DNA of 64,000 bases from a virus (IMGVR_UViG_3300011268_000751:1-64000), one strand, 5' to 3'; shown: positions 1 through 8,568, counted from the first letter of the stretch. Translations and numbers: made by a program. The notes: generated by a model from the sequence alone, not told the origin.

Positions 1-87
1 ATCTTCATTTATCATAGTATAGCACCATTCACCAAAACATTCACCAAACCACCACCAACCTGCTTGGAGTTTCTCAAACACATTCAT
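1..87 (-). CDS. hypothetical phage protein (partial, runs off window)
   Basis: Manual translation MNVFEKLQAGWWWFGECFGEWCYTMINED; open to position 1; same strand as neighbours. Confidence 0.55.
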   Translation of the reverse strand, partial: MNVFEKLQAGWWWFGECFGEWCYTMINED

Positions 88-101
88 AGGACGATTGTAT
101 T

Positions 102-410
102 TTACCATTTTTCCACACAAACAAACTGATTTGGTTCAAAGGAAATGTAATACCACTTGTGCCTTGGTGAATACTCTCTATAACACCAAGTTTTCTCAAT
201 CTCAATATATTCATTATACCACCGATGAAGTTCATTCACAAACTTCCTCATCTTCTTCACACTATAGAAACATTTTGTATGCCTACTTTCAGCACCCCAC
301 CAAATCACCTCATAAAAAATCCTACGTTTGATTTTCTTGTAGAAAACATTTTCAAGTCGTTTGAAACTATCTGGATGTATCATTATAGCATTAAGGTTTT
401 CGTCATCCAT
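102..410 (-). CDS. hypothetical phage protein
   Basis: 102-aa ORF in a tightly packed minus-strand gene string. Confidence 0.7.
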   Translation of the reverse strand: MDDENLNAIMIHPDSFKRLENVFYKKIKRRIFYEVIWWGAESRHTKCFYSVKKMRKFVNELHRWYNEYIEIEKTWCYREYSPRHKWYYISFEPNQFVCVEKW

Positions 411-561
411 AAGAACTCCGTAAGGTAAGGGTGCGAATGTGTCTTTGAAGCATCTTTTCTTCTCTTGTAAGTGCTAAACCCCATTTCTTTTTGATTGTGA
501 GGATTTCAACCACATCATTCATAAAGGTGTGTGGAGTTTGTAGGAACTCTTCGTAGTTCAT
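403..561 (-). CDS. small hypothetical phage protein (52 aa)
   Basis: Manual translation MNYEEFLQTPHTFMNDVVEILTIKKKWGL...; ATGA overlap with the upstream gene; fills the gap exactly. Confidence 0.65.
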   Translation of the reverse strand: MNYEEFLQTPHTFMNDVVEILTIKKKWGLALTREEKMLQRHIRTLTLRSSYG

Positions 562-773
562 TGCGGGTCTCCAACCAATCCAGTCGGTCCAAATACATCA
601 TTCACAGGTGGTTCAAGTTCATTCAGTCGTTCTTCCAGTTGTTCTATCCTGTCAATCAGTTCTGTAAGGATACAGATAAGGGAAGGATAGCAAATGGTTT
701 CAGTATCATTCCCGTCCTCCATATCACGATAGTATGAATAGTTGATTTCCTTTTTGATGTTTCGGTTAGCCAT
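558..773 (-). CDS. hypothetical phage protein
   Basis: Start reassigned to MANRNIKK (ATG at 773), overlapping the stop of 766..1047. Confidence 0.7.
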   Translation of the reverse strand: MANRNIKKEINYSYYRDMEDGNDTETICYPSLICILTELIDRIEQLEERLNELEPPVNDVFGPTGLVGDPQ

Positions 774-1047
774 TATACTTTTGCTCCACTTCCCATACAC
801 GAACCATAAAACTATCGTCTCCGTGATCACCACTATACAGATAGTCAATGTGCCTCATAATCTCTGCCATCTTTCTCATCTTGGGAATCTGTTCTTTGAG
901 ATACTCAATCACATCAGGATCGTGGTTAGGTTTCCAACCATACTCATCTTCTTTGTCATTATTCCAAATCTCTTCTTCAAGTTCATCAGCAAACTGTGCT
1001 ACCTTGTAGTAGTCGTAACCGCAGTCGTTAAAGTGTCCGCCGCTCAT
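766..1047 (-). CDS. hypothetical phage protein
   Basis: MSGGHFNDCGYDYYKVAQFADELEEEI; ATGA coupling with the upstream gene. Confidence 0.8.
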   Translation of the reverse strand: MSGGHFNDCGYDYYKVAQFADELEEEIWNNDKEDEYGWKPNHDPDVIEYLKEQIPKMRKMAEIMRHIDYLYSGDHGDDSFMVRVWEVEQKYNG

Positions 1048-1256
1048 TTGTTTACCTCCAGTTCATCAAGTTTCTCATTCATAATACCAGTCATATCAAG
1101 TGTGCGTGGATCAATACCAGCATCAGTACAATCCATAATAAACTCCATGAATGCACCCAAGATTAGACAGGCACGACGATGATCGTGATGTGTGATGACG
1201 GTATGTGGCATCGCAACATAGTTTACCACATGGTTGTAGAGTTCGTCGTAAGTCAT
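1044..1256 (-). CDS. hypothetical phage protein
   Basis: 70-aa ORF with 4-nt overlaps on both sides. Confidence 0.75.
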   Translation of the reverse strand: MTYDELYNHVVNYVAMPHTVITHHDHRRACLILGAFMEFIMDCTDAGIDPRTLDMTGIMNEKLDELEVNK

Positions 1257-1504
1257 TCTTCATCCTCCTCATCCCAATCAAAATCAATTTCAACAGTTTC
1301 AAACCGTTCTACATTAGTATAATCTCTTGGATTTCCTTTACCATCCATTTCTTCATAAATCATATCATAAAACTCATCCATCATCATACTCTCAAATCCT
1401 TCTTGCGATGGTTCTACATCCCAATATTCAAACATTTCAGATGTGGGAGCAACTGTGATAGTTCGGGTGTAAGTAACTGTGACTGCTTTAAGTGGGATTT
1501 TCAT
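1253..1504 (-). CDS. acidic hypothetical phage protein
   Basis: 83-aa ORF translationally coupled to neighbours. Confidence 0.75.
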   Translation of the reverse strand: MKIPLKAVTVTYTRTITVAPTSEMFEYWDVEPSQEGFESMMMDEFYDMIYEEMDGKGNPRDYTNVERFETVEIDFDWDEEDEE

Positions 1505-1797
1505 TAGTCTTTCCCCCAGTTAGGATTGTTGATAAAGTTGTCAGATGGATTGTGAATAAACATACTCTTTTTCATTTTACCGATGCGTCGTTGTTCGGTA
1601 AATCCTTGTGGGATTTCTCCATTCCAACCATTTTTTCGTGCCTGTCCGATTGATGGGAACAGTTCCATTTCTACTGCGATATGTGCCATCGTCCAGTGTG
1701 GTTGGATTTCTATGTGATCGTTAGGATCAAAACCCCACCAGTCAGTTTCAGGGAGATTGAAAACTCCTGGTTTCACAAAGTTGAATTCAAGTTTCAT
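1504..1797 (-). CDS. hypothetical protein with S4/TyrRS-C-terminal-like motif
   Basis: ELFPSIGQARKNGWNG resembles the S4-like xLfxSxsxARr motif; weak. Confidence 0.7.
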   Translation of the reverse strand: MKLEFNFVKPGVFNLPETDWWGFDPNDHIEIQPHWTMAHIAVEMELFPSIGQARKNGWNGEIPQGFTEQRRIGKMKKSMFIHNPSDNFINNPNWGKD

Positions 1798-1806
1798 TAC
1801 AAAACC

Positions 1807-1989
1807 TCATTCTTCATCCTCATCAAATCCACCAATACCAATATCTACAAAGGTAGAACCATCAACATCCTCAAAGAGTTGAAAATCAAAATCACCTTCA
1901 TAGAAGTGATACTTGAAACCATCAGTAATTCTTACTTCTTGGTCTTGTGGAAAATGTTTGAGTTTCTCAATCCATTCAGCAACAGTCAT
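1807..1989 (-). CDS. hypothetical phage protein
   Basis: MTVAEWIEKLKHFPQDQEVRI, a typical small phage ORF start; ATGA overlap. Confidence 0.75.
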   Translation of the reverse strand: MTVAEWIEKLKHFPQDQEVRITDGFKYHFYEGDFDFQLFEDVDGSTFVDIGIGGFDEDEE

Positions 1990-2168
1990 TCTTCTTCCTC
2001 ATAAGGGAACATTTCATCATACTCTTCATCAGTCAGAGTAAGATACTGAACGTCAGCATCACTGTGTTCTTCAGCATAAACTAACTGATAGTGTGCGAAA
2101 GAAGAAGGGTCGGTGCTAGCATACTCCAGCAGTCCATCAACAAAACAAAGGTAGTTAAGGTTAGTCAT
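1986..2168 (-). CDS. acidic hypothetical phage protein
   Basis: Start reassigned to MTNLNYLCFVDG (ATG at 2168), just after the upstream stop. Confidence 0.7.
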   Translation of the reverse strand: MTNLNYLCFVDGLLEYASTDPSSFAHYQLVYAEEHSDADVQYLTLTDEEYDEMFPYEEEE

Positions 2169-2169
2169 T

Positions 2170-2370
2170 TCAGTTCTTCTTATGCTTTTGATATTCTTCA
2201 ATAAAACCTTCAATAATACCTTCAATGAGAGCAATAGATACACCAATAATTTTAGGAGAAATTACTTGCCACCAAGTAAAATCTACCAATCCTGTAAGTT
2301 TGAGAACAATAAAGGTGATGGTGAGATATTCAAAAATACCCAAAGTAAATTTTTTGTTTTCAGAAGTCAT
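2170..2370 (-). CDS. small membrane protein
   Basis: LTITFIVLKLTGLVDFTWWQVISP hydrophobic segment; directly downstream of a promoter repeat. Confidence 0.75.
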   Translation of the reverse strand: MTSENKKFTLGIFEYLTITFIVLKLTGLVDFTWWQVISPKIIGVSIALIEGIIEGFIEEYQKHKKN

Positions 2371-2450
2371 CAGTCCTTTGTGTGTATGAGTGTATTATAA
2401 GGCAAAACCACCTCCTTGTGGGAAGTGGTGTGCCAGTTCTTAAGGTGTCC
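2365..2450 (-). promoter_or_regulatory. PeSL-like early promoter/stem-loop repeat, copy 1
   Basis: Minus-strand TATAAT, GGCAAAACCAC hairpin arm, AACTGGCAC motif; near-identical to 2803..2886. Confidence 0.8.
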
Positions 2451-2808
2451 TATCCTGTTGTTGTTTTGCTCGTTGAAGAACTTCTTCCCAAGTATATGCT
2501 TTACCAACAACTCCCACAACAGGTTGAGTGGGTTCATCAGTCACAAGATAAATATCCTCTCCATTTTCAGGATGACTAAAGAGATCATAATCTTGAACAT
2601 ACTCATTGACTTTTTCTAACCAATACTGTGTATTAAGAGTTGAAAAATATCTTTCATCGTTAGGATGAATGGTTGCTTCAAGTTTTCCATTCACAATCTT
2701 CGTAATAAACCTTATACCATCAAGAGTACCGTCTCCAACGGGATACCCATCAAAAATAGCAGTATAAAGTTGTTGCTTGTCTTCGGTTTCAAAATAAAGG
2801 GCAGTCAT
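2440..2808 (-). CDS. hypothetical phage protein flanked by direct repeats
   Basis: 122-aa ORF lying between the two PeSL-like copies. Confidence 0.8.
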   Translation of the reverse strand: MTALYFETEDKQQLYTAIFDGYPVGDGTLDGIRFITKIVNGKLEATIHPNDERYFSTLNTQYWLEKVNEYVQDYDLFSHPENGEDIYLVTDEPTQPVVGVVGKAYTWEEVLQRAKQQQDRTP

Positions 2809-2886
2809 CAGTCCTTTGTGTCTATGAGAGTATTATAAGGCAAAACCACCTCCTTGGGAAGTGGTTTTGCCAGTTCTTAAGGTGTC
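2803..2886 (-). promoter_or_regulatory. PeSL-like early promoter/stem-loop repeat, copy 2
   Basis: Perfect hairpin GGCAAAACCAC...GTGGTTTTGCC next to minus-strand TATAAT; near-identical to 2365..2450. Confidence 0.8.
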
Positions 2887-3062
2887 TCCTCACTCCAGTA
2901 GTATCTCAGTTTATCACCATCAGCAGAGATATTCAGGTGATAGATTTTATCATCATCAGTATAAACACCAATCCAGAGTGTCCTTTCATTCATACTTTCC
3001 AGATGAAACATTTGAATGTCTTGAAGGACAATCTCATCAGGATTTTCAGCAAATCTACTCAT
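2877..3062 (-). CDS. hypothetical phage protein
   Basis: 61-aa ORF, ATGA overlap. Confidence 0.75.
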   Translation of the reverse strand: MSRFAENPDEIVLQDIQMFHLESMNERTLWIGVYTDDDKIYHLNISADGDKLRYYWSEETP

Positions 3063-3337
3063 CGAAAACTCTTCAATACTCTACGAAGAAACTGAATAGA
3101 GTTATAAAACTCTTCACCATCTTGTCCTCCAATCACAATCCAATCAAGTTCTTCTAATGCAAGTTGAATTCTTTCTTGGTCTGTGAGGTCTTTGAATTCT
3201 TTGTTTGCAAGTTCTTGTCGTTCTGCTGCATCCATAACCTTATGATAATCTTCTTCAGATACTTTTGCTACGATTGCGTTTGCTTCTTCTCTTTGTTTTG
3301 CGATTTCAAGGATTTCTTCGTAAGTAAAGTCATTCAT
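3059..3337 (-). CDS. hypothetical phage protein
   Basis: Likely start MNDFTYEE at 3337, overlapping the upstream stop. Confidence 0.75.
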   Translation of the reverse strand: MNDFTYEEILEIAKQREEANAIVAKVSEEDYHKVMDAAERQELANKEFKDLTDQERIQLALEELDWIVIGGQDGEEFYNSIQFLRRVLKSFR

Positions 3338-3500
3338 CTTTTGCAAGTTCCTCTAATGCTGGTTTGTATTCTTTAATACCTTGTTTAATAAGTTTGCGGA
3401 TTTTCTCTTTTCCGTATTCGGTGAGTTCTTGTTTGTTCTTACGGAGTTCTTGGACTTCCTCATCAGTTAATCCAATCACCCAAGGCATATCTTCACTCAT
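3330..3500 (-). CDS. small hypothetical phage protein (56 aa)
   Basis: Manual translation MSEDMPWVIGLTDEEVQELRKNKQELTEYGKEKIRKL...; fills the gap with overlaps on both sides. Confidence 0.7.
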   Translation of the reverse strand: MSEDMPWVIGLTDEEVQELRKNKQELTEYGKEKIRKLIKQGIKEYKPALEELAKDE

Positions 3501-3780
3501 TCTTTAGTTCTCCAGGTTGAACATAAAACAACTCATCTCTCCAATTCCTTCCAACAATATCAAAACTGAAACCTAATTTACCAAGAGAGAATAGAAATGA
3601 GAAGAACCTACCATAACCCATAGAGATTTGTAGATAAGGCCACTCAATCCACTTACCATACTCACCAAAATCAAGTGCAACTTGAAGAAGTGAATATCGT
3701 TCTGTAAGAAAGAGTGATAGGTAAAACTCTTTACCATAATCGTCTCTTACGCCCCATTTTGCAACTTGAAAGGTTTTCAT
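3493..3780 (-). CDS. hypothetical phage protein
   Basis: 95-aa aromatic-rich ORF in the gene string. Confidence 0.75.
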   Translation of the reverse strand: MKTFQVAKWGVRDDYGKEFYLSLFLTERYSLLQVALDFGEYGKWIEWPYLQISMGYGRFFSFLFSLGKLGFSFDIVGRNWRDELFYVQPGELKNE

Positions 3781-3971
3781 TCTTCTAATTCCTGTGCTAG
3801 TTGTAGGATGTCATTCTTATCTAGAACTATAAGACCGTTCTGTGCGGTATATGATACAGTATTCTCTGCTGCTACACGAAGAACAGCGGCAACTAACTTC
3901 TCTTCAGTATCTGCACCAGCATTACGAAGTTCCCAGATTTTATTGACAAATGCTTGCGATCTTTCAGTCAT
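3777..3971 (-). CDS. hypothetical phage protein
   Basis: 64-aa ORF, ATGA overlaps. Confidence 0.75.
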   Translation of the reverse strand: MTERSQAFVNKIWELRNAGADTEEKLVAAVLRVAAENTVSYTAQNGLIVLDKNDILQLAQELEE

Positions 3972-4582
3972 TCAGACAACTCCTTAATACCTTTTGTCAA
4001 ATACCCATAATCACGAACTTCAGTTACACCTTTGGTTTCTCCACATACTCCACACTTACCTTGCCAAGTGGAAGAACAACCAACACTATAAGTGCCATAC
4101 TTGTCTCCGCAATCATGGCAAACTACCTGTGCGTTCTTAAGAGTTTGTTCTGTCACTTCATTCTGAGCACACATCGCTTCCATTTCCTCATGCGTATATT
4201 GAGGATTATCGGGTTGTTCGTAACGTGAGAGTTTTGCCTTGAGATCATAAATCTCATCTTCCAACTTACGAAACTCTTTTGCATAATCCTCTGCCATTTT
4301 CAGTTCAAACTCATCAGCGATCTTACGCATATCCTCTTCACTACGCATATCGTTAAAGACAAGAGCACAGGCACCCTTCATAATACCAACCTCATTATGT
4401 CCCATCGTCCGTGCTACGGTTGCAAAGAAATGAAACAGTTGAGTACTGTTAATGTCGTGAGTAGGGATCTCAAAGGTATAATGCTCCTCAGGAAGAGAGC
4501 AATCATCATAAATTCCAGAAACTCCATAACTTGGAGTCCATTCAGTATCAAAATGAACTTTGAGAGTTGCTTTGTAAGTCAT
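3968..4582 (-). CDS. hypothetical protein with C-terminal zinc-ribbon (CxxC...CxxC)
   Basis: CHDC...CGVC motifs at the C-terminus; directly downstream of a sigma70-type promoter. Confidence 0.8.
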   Translation of the reverse strand: MTYKATLKVHFDTEWTPSYGVSGIYDDCSLPEEHYTFEIPTHDINSTQLFHFFATVARTMGHNEVGIMKGACALVFNDMRSEEDMRKIADEFELKMAEDYAKEFRKLEDEIYDLKAKLSRYEQPDNPQYTHEEMEAMCAQNEVTEQTLKNAQVVCHDCGDKYGTYSVGCSSTWQGKCGVCGETKGVTEVRDYGYLTKGIKELSE

Positions 4583-4604
4583 CGGTCTTGTTTTGTATGC
4601 TTAT

Positions 4605-4650
4605 ACTATAAGGCACCTCAAATGCAAAGTCAAGATGCCTTGTGCCAGTT
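4605..4650 (-). promoter_or_regulatory. early promoter TTGACT-17-TATAGT with hairpin and AACTGGCAC motif (PeSL-like)
   Basis: Boxes at 4628-4633 and 4605-4610 with 17-nt spacing; AGGCA inverted repeat. Confidence 0.75.
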
Positions 4651-4754
4651 CACATATTGTCCTCTCTTCTACCTAGAATGTATCCTAGAAGCAATCCACA
4701 CATGAAAGCAACAAACAAGTAAAGTTCATGAGAAGCAAATTGAATTAATTCCAT
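4650..4754 (-). CDS. small membrane protein (34 aa)
   Basis: Manual translation MELIQFASHELYLFVAFMCGLLLGYILGRREDNM; TAATG overlap with the upstream stop. Confidence 0.6.
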   Translation of the reverse strand: MELIQFASHELYLFVAFMCGLLLGYILGRREDNM

Positions 4755-5263
4755 TAGATAAACGTGGCAACCAAAACTATTCTTCTCTTATTTAATGGAG
4801 TTTCATGATAATGAAGTCCTTCAAAAAGAATCACATCATCTTCTTTTGGTGAATGTTCTTTACCTTCAACAAAAGTTTTTCCACCAGCATCAGTCAAATA
4901 AATTAATATATTTTTGTGTGGAAACTCATGATCGTGGTGCGGAACACTCTTCAGAACTGTTAAATATGGATGAACGCAATTTACTGCAATTCTCAGAAAT
5001 GAATTAATTTTAATATCATTATGCTTGAGAACTTCTTCAAGAATAATACATGCAGAGTCAACATTGTCAGAGCAAACTTTTGGATATTTTCCACCAGAAT
5101 GCTCTGGTCTACTTAAAAATGAATGGTAGTATAAAGATACGTTTTCTCCATCACCATCTACTGTTGATTTCTCACACCAAAACCAATCAAAGTTTTCAGA
5201 AAGAATATAATTCTTCATGCTTTGATATTTGATTGTCTTTGGATTTTCTAAAACTTTAATCAT
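4754..5263 (-). CDS. 2OG-Fe(II) oxygenase superfamily protein
   Basis: HxD (PHHDH), distal His (HYH) and C-terminal Arg (RRIV) in a DSBH-like pattern. Confidence 0.8.
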   Translation of the reverse strand: MIKVLENPKTIKYQSMKNYILSENFDWFWCEKSTVDGDGENVSLYYHSFLSRPEHSGGKYPKVCSDNVDSACIILEEVLKHNDIKINSFLRIAVNCVHPYLTVLKSVPHHDHEFPHKNILIYLTDAGGKTFVEGKEHSPKEDDVILFEGLHYHETPLNKRRIVLVATFI

Positions 5264-5266
5264 AAA

Positions 5267-5587
5267 TCAATCTCTTTGTCTCCAATCATCAGGTTTATCT
5301 TCAGTAAAAAAATCAACAATATCGTCTACACTTTCAAATCTACGAATTCCAAATCTTTCACTTCCAGTAGAACCAATATCAAGTTGATTTAAAAAATCAT
5401 CCATATCCCCATCTTGCATATCTGGATTTTCTGCTTTCCTTCTTGCTTGGCGAAGCATAGTTGCCGCACTTCGATTTGCCTTTGCAAGTTTTTCGGCCCA
5501 GATCATATCTTCTAGTTTTACTTCTTCACGATTAACAATTCGACTACAAATAAACTGAAGGCGAAGACGATATTGAGTGGAAAGCAT
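5267..5587 (-). CDS. conserved hypothetical cyanophage-type protein
   Basis: MLSTQYRLRLQFICSRIVNREEVKLEDMIWAEKLAKAN; preceded by TAAATA at about 5609-5614. Confidence 0.85.
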   Translation of the reverse strand: MLSTQYRLRLQFICSRIVNREEVKLEDMIWAEKLAKANRSAATMLRQARRKAENPDMQDGDMDDFLNQLDIGSTGSERFGIRRFESVDDIVDFFTEDKPDDWRQRD

Positions 5588-5611
5588 AAGTATTATCCAG
5601 ATATGGTGTAT

Positions 5612-5824
5612 TTATTTTAATTGTTGGCAACTGTTAGAATAGTCAATATCGTTCCAATGCCGAACAGCATTTGCAATGATAAAACTATTTGTCACTATCA
5701 ATTGTATCATAATTAATAGACGAATAAAAGCAACCTTATCTGCCTCACTATCATCCTTTCCCGATTTTTCCCCTAATGCCTTAGCGATCAGTCTCCACAT
5801 TGTTGGAGTTCTTTGTTTTTTCAT
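5612..5824 (-). CDS. hypothetical phage protein with hydrophobic helix
   Basis: MWRLIAKALGEKSGKDDSEADKVAFIRL... Confidence 0.8.
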   Translation of the reverse strand: MKKQRTPTMWRLIAKALGEKSGKDDSEADKVAFIRLLIMIQLIVTNSFIIANAVRHWNDIDYSNSCQQLK

Positions 5825-6059
5825 TTTGCCTTTCTAATATTTCCTTTTGCAACTCTTCGGCAAGTTTATATGCCCTACGCCACATCAAGTATTTAACAAT
5901 TGGATTTGCTGGATTATGAACCGCCCACCACTTAACCTTCTCATATTGAACTCTTACAAGTTGAGTAAACATGTAAAATGCCCTCGCTACTGATTGATCC
6001 GTGATAATCAAATAAGCAATACAAAAAAATATAATCAGGTAAATATAGTTTGCATTCAT
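5781..6059 (-). CDS. hypothetical membrane-anchored phage protein
   Basis: N-terminal TM YIYLIIFFCIAYLII; ATGA overlap. Confidence 0.8.
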   Translation of the reverse strand: MNANYIYLIIFFCIAYLIITDQSVARAFYMFTQLVRVQYEKVKWWAVHNPANPIVKYLMWRRAYKLAEELQKEILERQNEKTKNSNNVETDR

Positions 6060-6226
6060 GGATTATAATGTGATTTTATTGAGTAAAGATAGTCAAGAAT
6101 TTCAACTTTGAGTGCCTCAAGTTCATTTTCACAATCCAACTTTTTGGCAACCGTGCGAATTTCTGGATGACTGGTTTGCAGGTCTTCTAGCATGAGATCA
6201 AGTGCTTGAAGTTCTTTCTGATTCAT
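6056..6226 (-). CDS. hypothetical phage protein
   Basis: Start reassigned to MNQKELQ (6226), ATGA overlap with 6223..6387. Confidence 0.65.
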   Translation of the reverse strand: MNQKELQALDLMLEDLQTSHPEIRTVAKKLDCENELEALKVEILDYLYSIKSHYNP

Positions 6227-6387
6227 TTTTCCTTGATGATGATGGGACATGATGGGACTGATTTTTTAAGTTCCTTTACGATCTCATACTTCTGTTCTGG
6301 AGTGAGAATTGAAATTTGTCCCACACGATCAACAATCTTCAGCACTTGCTGGCACGATAAAATCGTAACAAGAAAAAGTGGTTCCAT
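6223..6387 (-). CDS. small hypothetical phage protein (54 aa)
   Basis: Manual translation MEPLFLVTILSCQQVLKIVDRVGQ...KSVPSCPIIIKEK. Confidence 0.7.
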   Translation of the reverse strand: MEPLFLVTILSCQQVLKIVDRVGQISILTPEQKYEIVKELKKSVPSCPIIIKEK

Positions 6388-6411
6388 TTCATATCGAACC
6401 TTTGATGATAT

Positions 6412-6633
6412 TTAGACTGCAAATCCCCGCGATTTTACCTTCTCTTTACCTTTTTTCTTATCATGGACGATTATACAATCCAAAAAATCGGGAATTTGGG
6501 CGTGGGTGAACCAGAACACCTGAACCGCATCCCAATCATCGAAATTTACCAATTCACCACTTTTCAGGGCAATTGAGTAGGTATGCCTATCATAAGGTTC
6601 GTAAGATGTCTGCTTAAATACATTTTCCATCAA
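6412..6633 (-). CDS. conserved hypothetical cyanophage-type protein
   Basis: FKQTSYEPYDRHTYSI...FDDWDAVQVFWF. Confidence 0.8.
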   Translation of the reverse strand: MMENVFKQTSYEPYDRHTYSIALKSGELVNFDDWDAVQVFWFTHAQIPDFLDCIIVHDKKKGKEKVKSRGFAV

Positions 6634-6863
6634 AAATGCCCCTCTAATGATGCAGAACTGGATGATTTTTTGGTCTGTTTGACTTGTTTTTGGATATATG
6701 AGCGGGCAGATGCATAGTTAGTTGCAATGTGGACCTGCCTGCCTGCATGGAGAATCACAAATTTTTTGCCCCATGGCACCGCCGCCCATGCCCCATCTTT
6801 CGTTACATACCCCGCAGGGTCTGTCGGAACGGGATCCAACAGACCGTAGTTCTGAATATCCAT
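6630..6863 (-). CDS. conserved hypothetical cyanophage-type protein
   Basis: PAGYVTKDGAWAAVPWGKKFVIL; coupled overlaps. Confidence 0.8.
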   Translation of the reverse strand: MDIQNYGLLDPVPTDPAGYVTKDGAWAAVPWGKKFVILHAGRQVHIATNYASARSYIQKQVKQTKKSSSSASLEGHF

Positions 6864-7150
6864 TACGCGAAAACCTTATAGAGGATGTAGATGGCAACCA
6901 AGGCAAGAGCGATCGGCCAGAATGTAACCACAAGGTAGATAAACAATCCGATTGCACCTAGAGCAACCATTCCATCACTACCACCAGATGAGGAAGAACT
7001 CTCATTCACCTGACGCAGATTGATGACCTGTTCTGCACCATAAATGCGCTCCAGTTGTTCCCGAGCACCATGAGAAGTGTTCGATTGAACCTCAAGATCC
7101 TGATAACCGTTTGCGGAACCCAACCAGCATTTAGCAGTCCAACGTGCCAT
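6863..7150 (-). CDS. hypothetical protein with C-terminal transmembrane segment
   Basis: Soluble N-domain, Ser/Gly linker, hydrophobic C-terminus. Confidence 0.8.
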   Translation of the reverse strand: MARWTAKCWLGSANGYQDLEVQSNTSHGAREQLERIYGAEQVINLRQVNESSSSSGGSDGMVALGAIGLFIYLVVTFWPIALALVAIYILYKVFA

Positions 7151-7161
7151 TTGTAATTACC

Positions 7162-7302
7162 TCAGAATTTAGCGTTGACACCGACAACTTTTGCCTTAGG
7201 ATTGCGAGCAAGAGCAGTCTCACGGGCATCCTTAGGACTGGTTGCCTGAACTTCCTCGTTGAAAACCTTACCTCCAACGTAAAGTTGAACCACGAACTTC
7301 AT
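7162..7302 (-). CDS. small conserved phage protein (46 aa)
   Basis: Manual translation MKFVVQLYVGGKVFNEEVQATSPKDARETALARNPKAKVVGVNAKF; AAGGAG RBS upstream. Confidence 0.8.
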   Translation of the reverse strand: MKFVVQLYVGGKVFNEEVQATSPKDARETALARNPKAKVVGVNAKF

Positions 7303-7326
7303 TAGAAATCTCCTTGTGTGTTGAGT

Positions 7327-7362
7327 AGTTTAGCAGAAAAATCAGCGTTTGACAACGCTGAT
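7327..7362 (-). promoter_or_regulatory. early promoter TTGTCA-17-TAAACT with a 9-bp hairpin over the -35 box
   Basis: ATCAGCGTT-tgac-AACGCTGAT inverted repeat at 7341-7362; overlaps the helicase stop. Confidence 0.6.
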
Positions 7363-8568
7363 GGCGGGTTGACCTTGCTGGAACACAAGATCCACAACCG
7401 CTTGCACCTTCTTAGCGGTGCTGATGCCCACAGAAGAGTAGACAGGGATGCAGACCAACCCGAATGCCTTAGTGTAGTCCTGAAGGGCACCAGGGGCGAT
7501 CCTGCCGCTGCTGAGCGCCGCTGCGTCCTCCTTGTGCAGACGGATCACGCGCCCGATGGTCTGAGAGATGCCGATGTAGTCCATCGAGCGCATAAACAGC
7601 ACCGCCTCCAGACCAGAAACGTTGATACCCTCAGAGAGAATGCTGTGGTGAAGCACAACGAATTTCTTGTCGTTGTCCTTACCCCAGGCAGAGAGAGTAT
7701 CAAAGAACACCTCACGATTCACTTTCTTACCATCGATCACGGCACCAGTCTTGGAAGTGATATACATCCAAGAGTAACCACGATCCTCCAGTTGAGTGCA
7801 GAAATCAGTCTGAGAAACCAGAGCGGTGATCTGCTTAGTTGCTTTGGAGCAGATCAGCACCTTGCCAACTTCCTGAGCGTCGATAGTGGCAATCAGGTTC
7901 TCACAGTCAACATCGGCAACGATTTGACCCTTGCCGAGCATCTCAAACTGCTGCACCACAACCTTAGGAGGAACGATGAAACCACCTTCCACCAGTTCAG
8001 GAGCAGGCACGCTGCAGATGACCTGTCCGTAGACAGAACCATCGTTCATCCCAGGTTTGGAAACAGTAGCAGAATGCTTAGGAGTAGCAGTGAAGAAATA
8101 GCAGCGGTCAGCAGTAGCAGCGAAGTGCTCCGTAGCAGGGAAAAAGTTACGCTGAACGGAATTGTGCGCTTCATCGAAGTAAATGGTGTTGACGTGAATA
8201 TCTGCCTGCTGAAGACGTTGCAGGGAGTTGTAGGTCGTGAAGATCAGTTTGTTGCCACGAGTTTGATCGACCCAGTTACGGATCTCATTCGGGCGAGTCG
8301 TGCTTTGGTGATGCGTTTCACCACTATGAACGTGCAGAACACTAGCGTTCGTGATGAACTCAAGATACTCAGAAGAGAGTTGCTCTGCCAGCAGAATGCG
8401 AGGAGCAACAACTACGATAGTTTGAGAATTCTCTTTGAGAAACTCACGCATCGCATCAAAGATACCGACGTTGGTTTTACCACCGCCAGTAGGAATAATG
8501 ACCTGACCTTTCAGGTGCTTGGCAAGAGCATCCAGAGCACGCTGTTGATGGGGGCGAAGTTGGATCAC
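7342..8568 (-). CDS. SF2 DEAD/DEAH-box helicase (type III restriction Res-like)
   Basis: Q-motif LRPHQ, Walker A PTGGGKT, Walker B FDEAH, TATP, LSEGIN, QTIGRVIR; GTG start at 8568 downstream of a promoter. Confidence 0.9.
   Translation of the reverse strand: MIQLRPHQQRALDALAKHLKGQVIIPTGGGKTNVGIFDAMREFLKENSQTIVVVAPRILLAEQLSSEYLEFITNASVLHVHSGETHHQSTTRPNEIRNWVDQTRGNKLIFTTYNSLQRLQQADIHVNTIYFDEAHNSVQRNFFPATEHFAATADRCYFFTATPKHSATVSKPGMNDGSVYGQVICSVPAPELVEGGFIVPPKVVVQQFEMLGKGQIVADVDCENLIATIDAQEVGKVLICSKATKQITALVSQTDFCTQLEDRGYSWMYITSKTGAVIDGKKVNREVFFDTLSAWGKDNDKKFVVLHHSILSEGINVSGLEAVLFMRSMDYIGISQTIGRVIRLHKEDAAALSSGRIAPGALQDYTKAFGLVCIPVYSSVGISTAKKVQAVVDLVFQQGQPAISVVKR

Noticed and set aside
6226-6250. 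MSHHHQG His-rich N-terminus in the ORF track
   Set aside because: This stretch belongs to the overlapping frame of 6223..6387; the better start is MNQKEL at 6226
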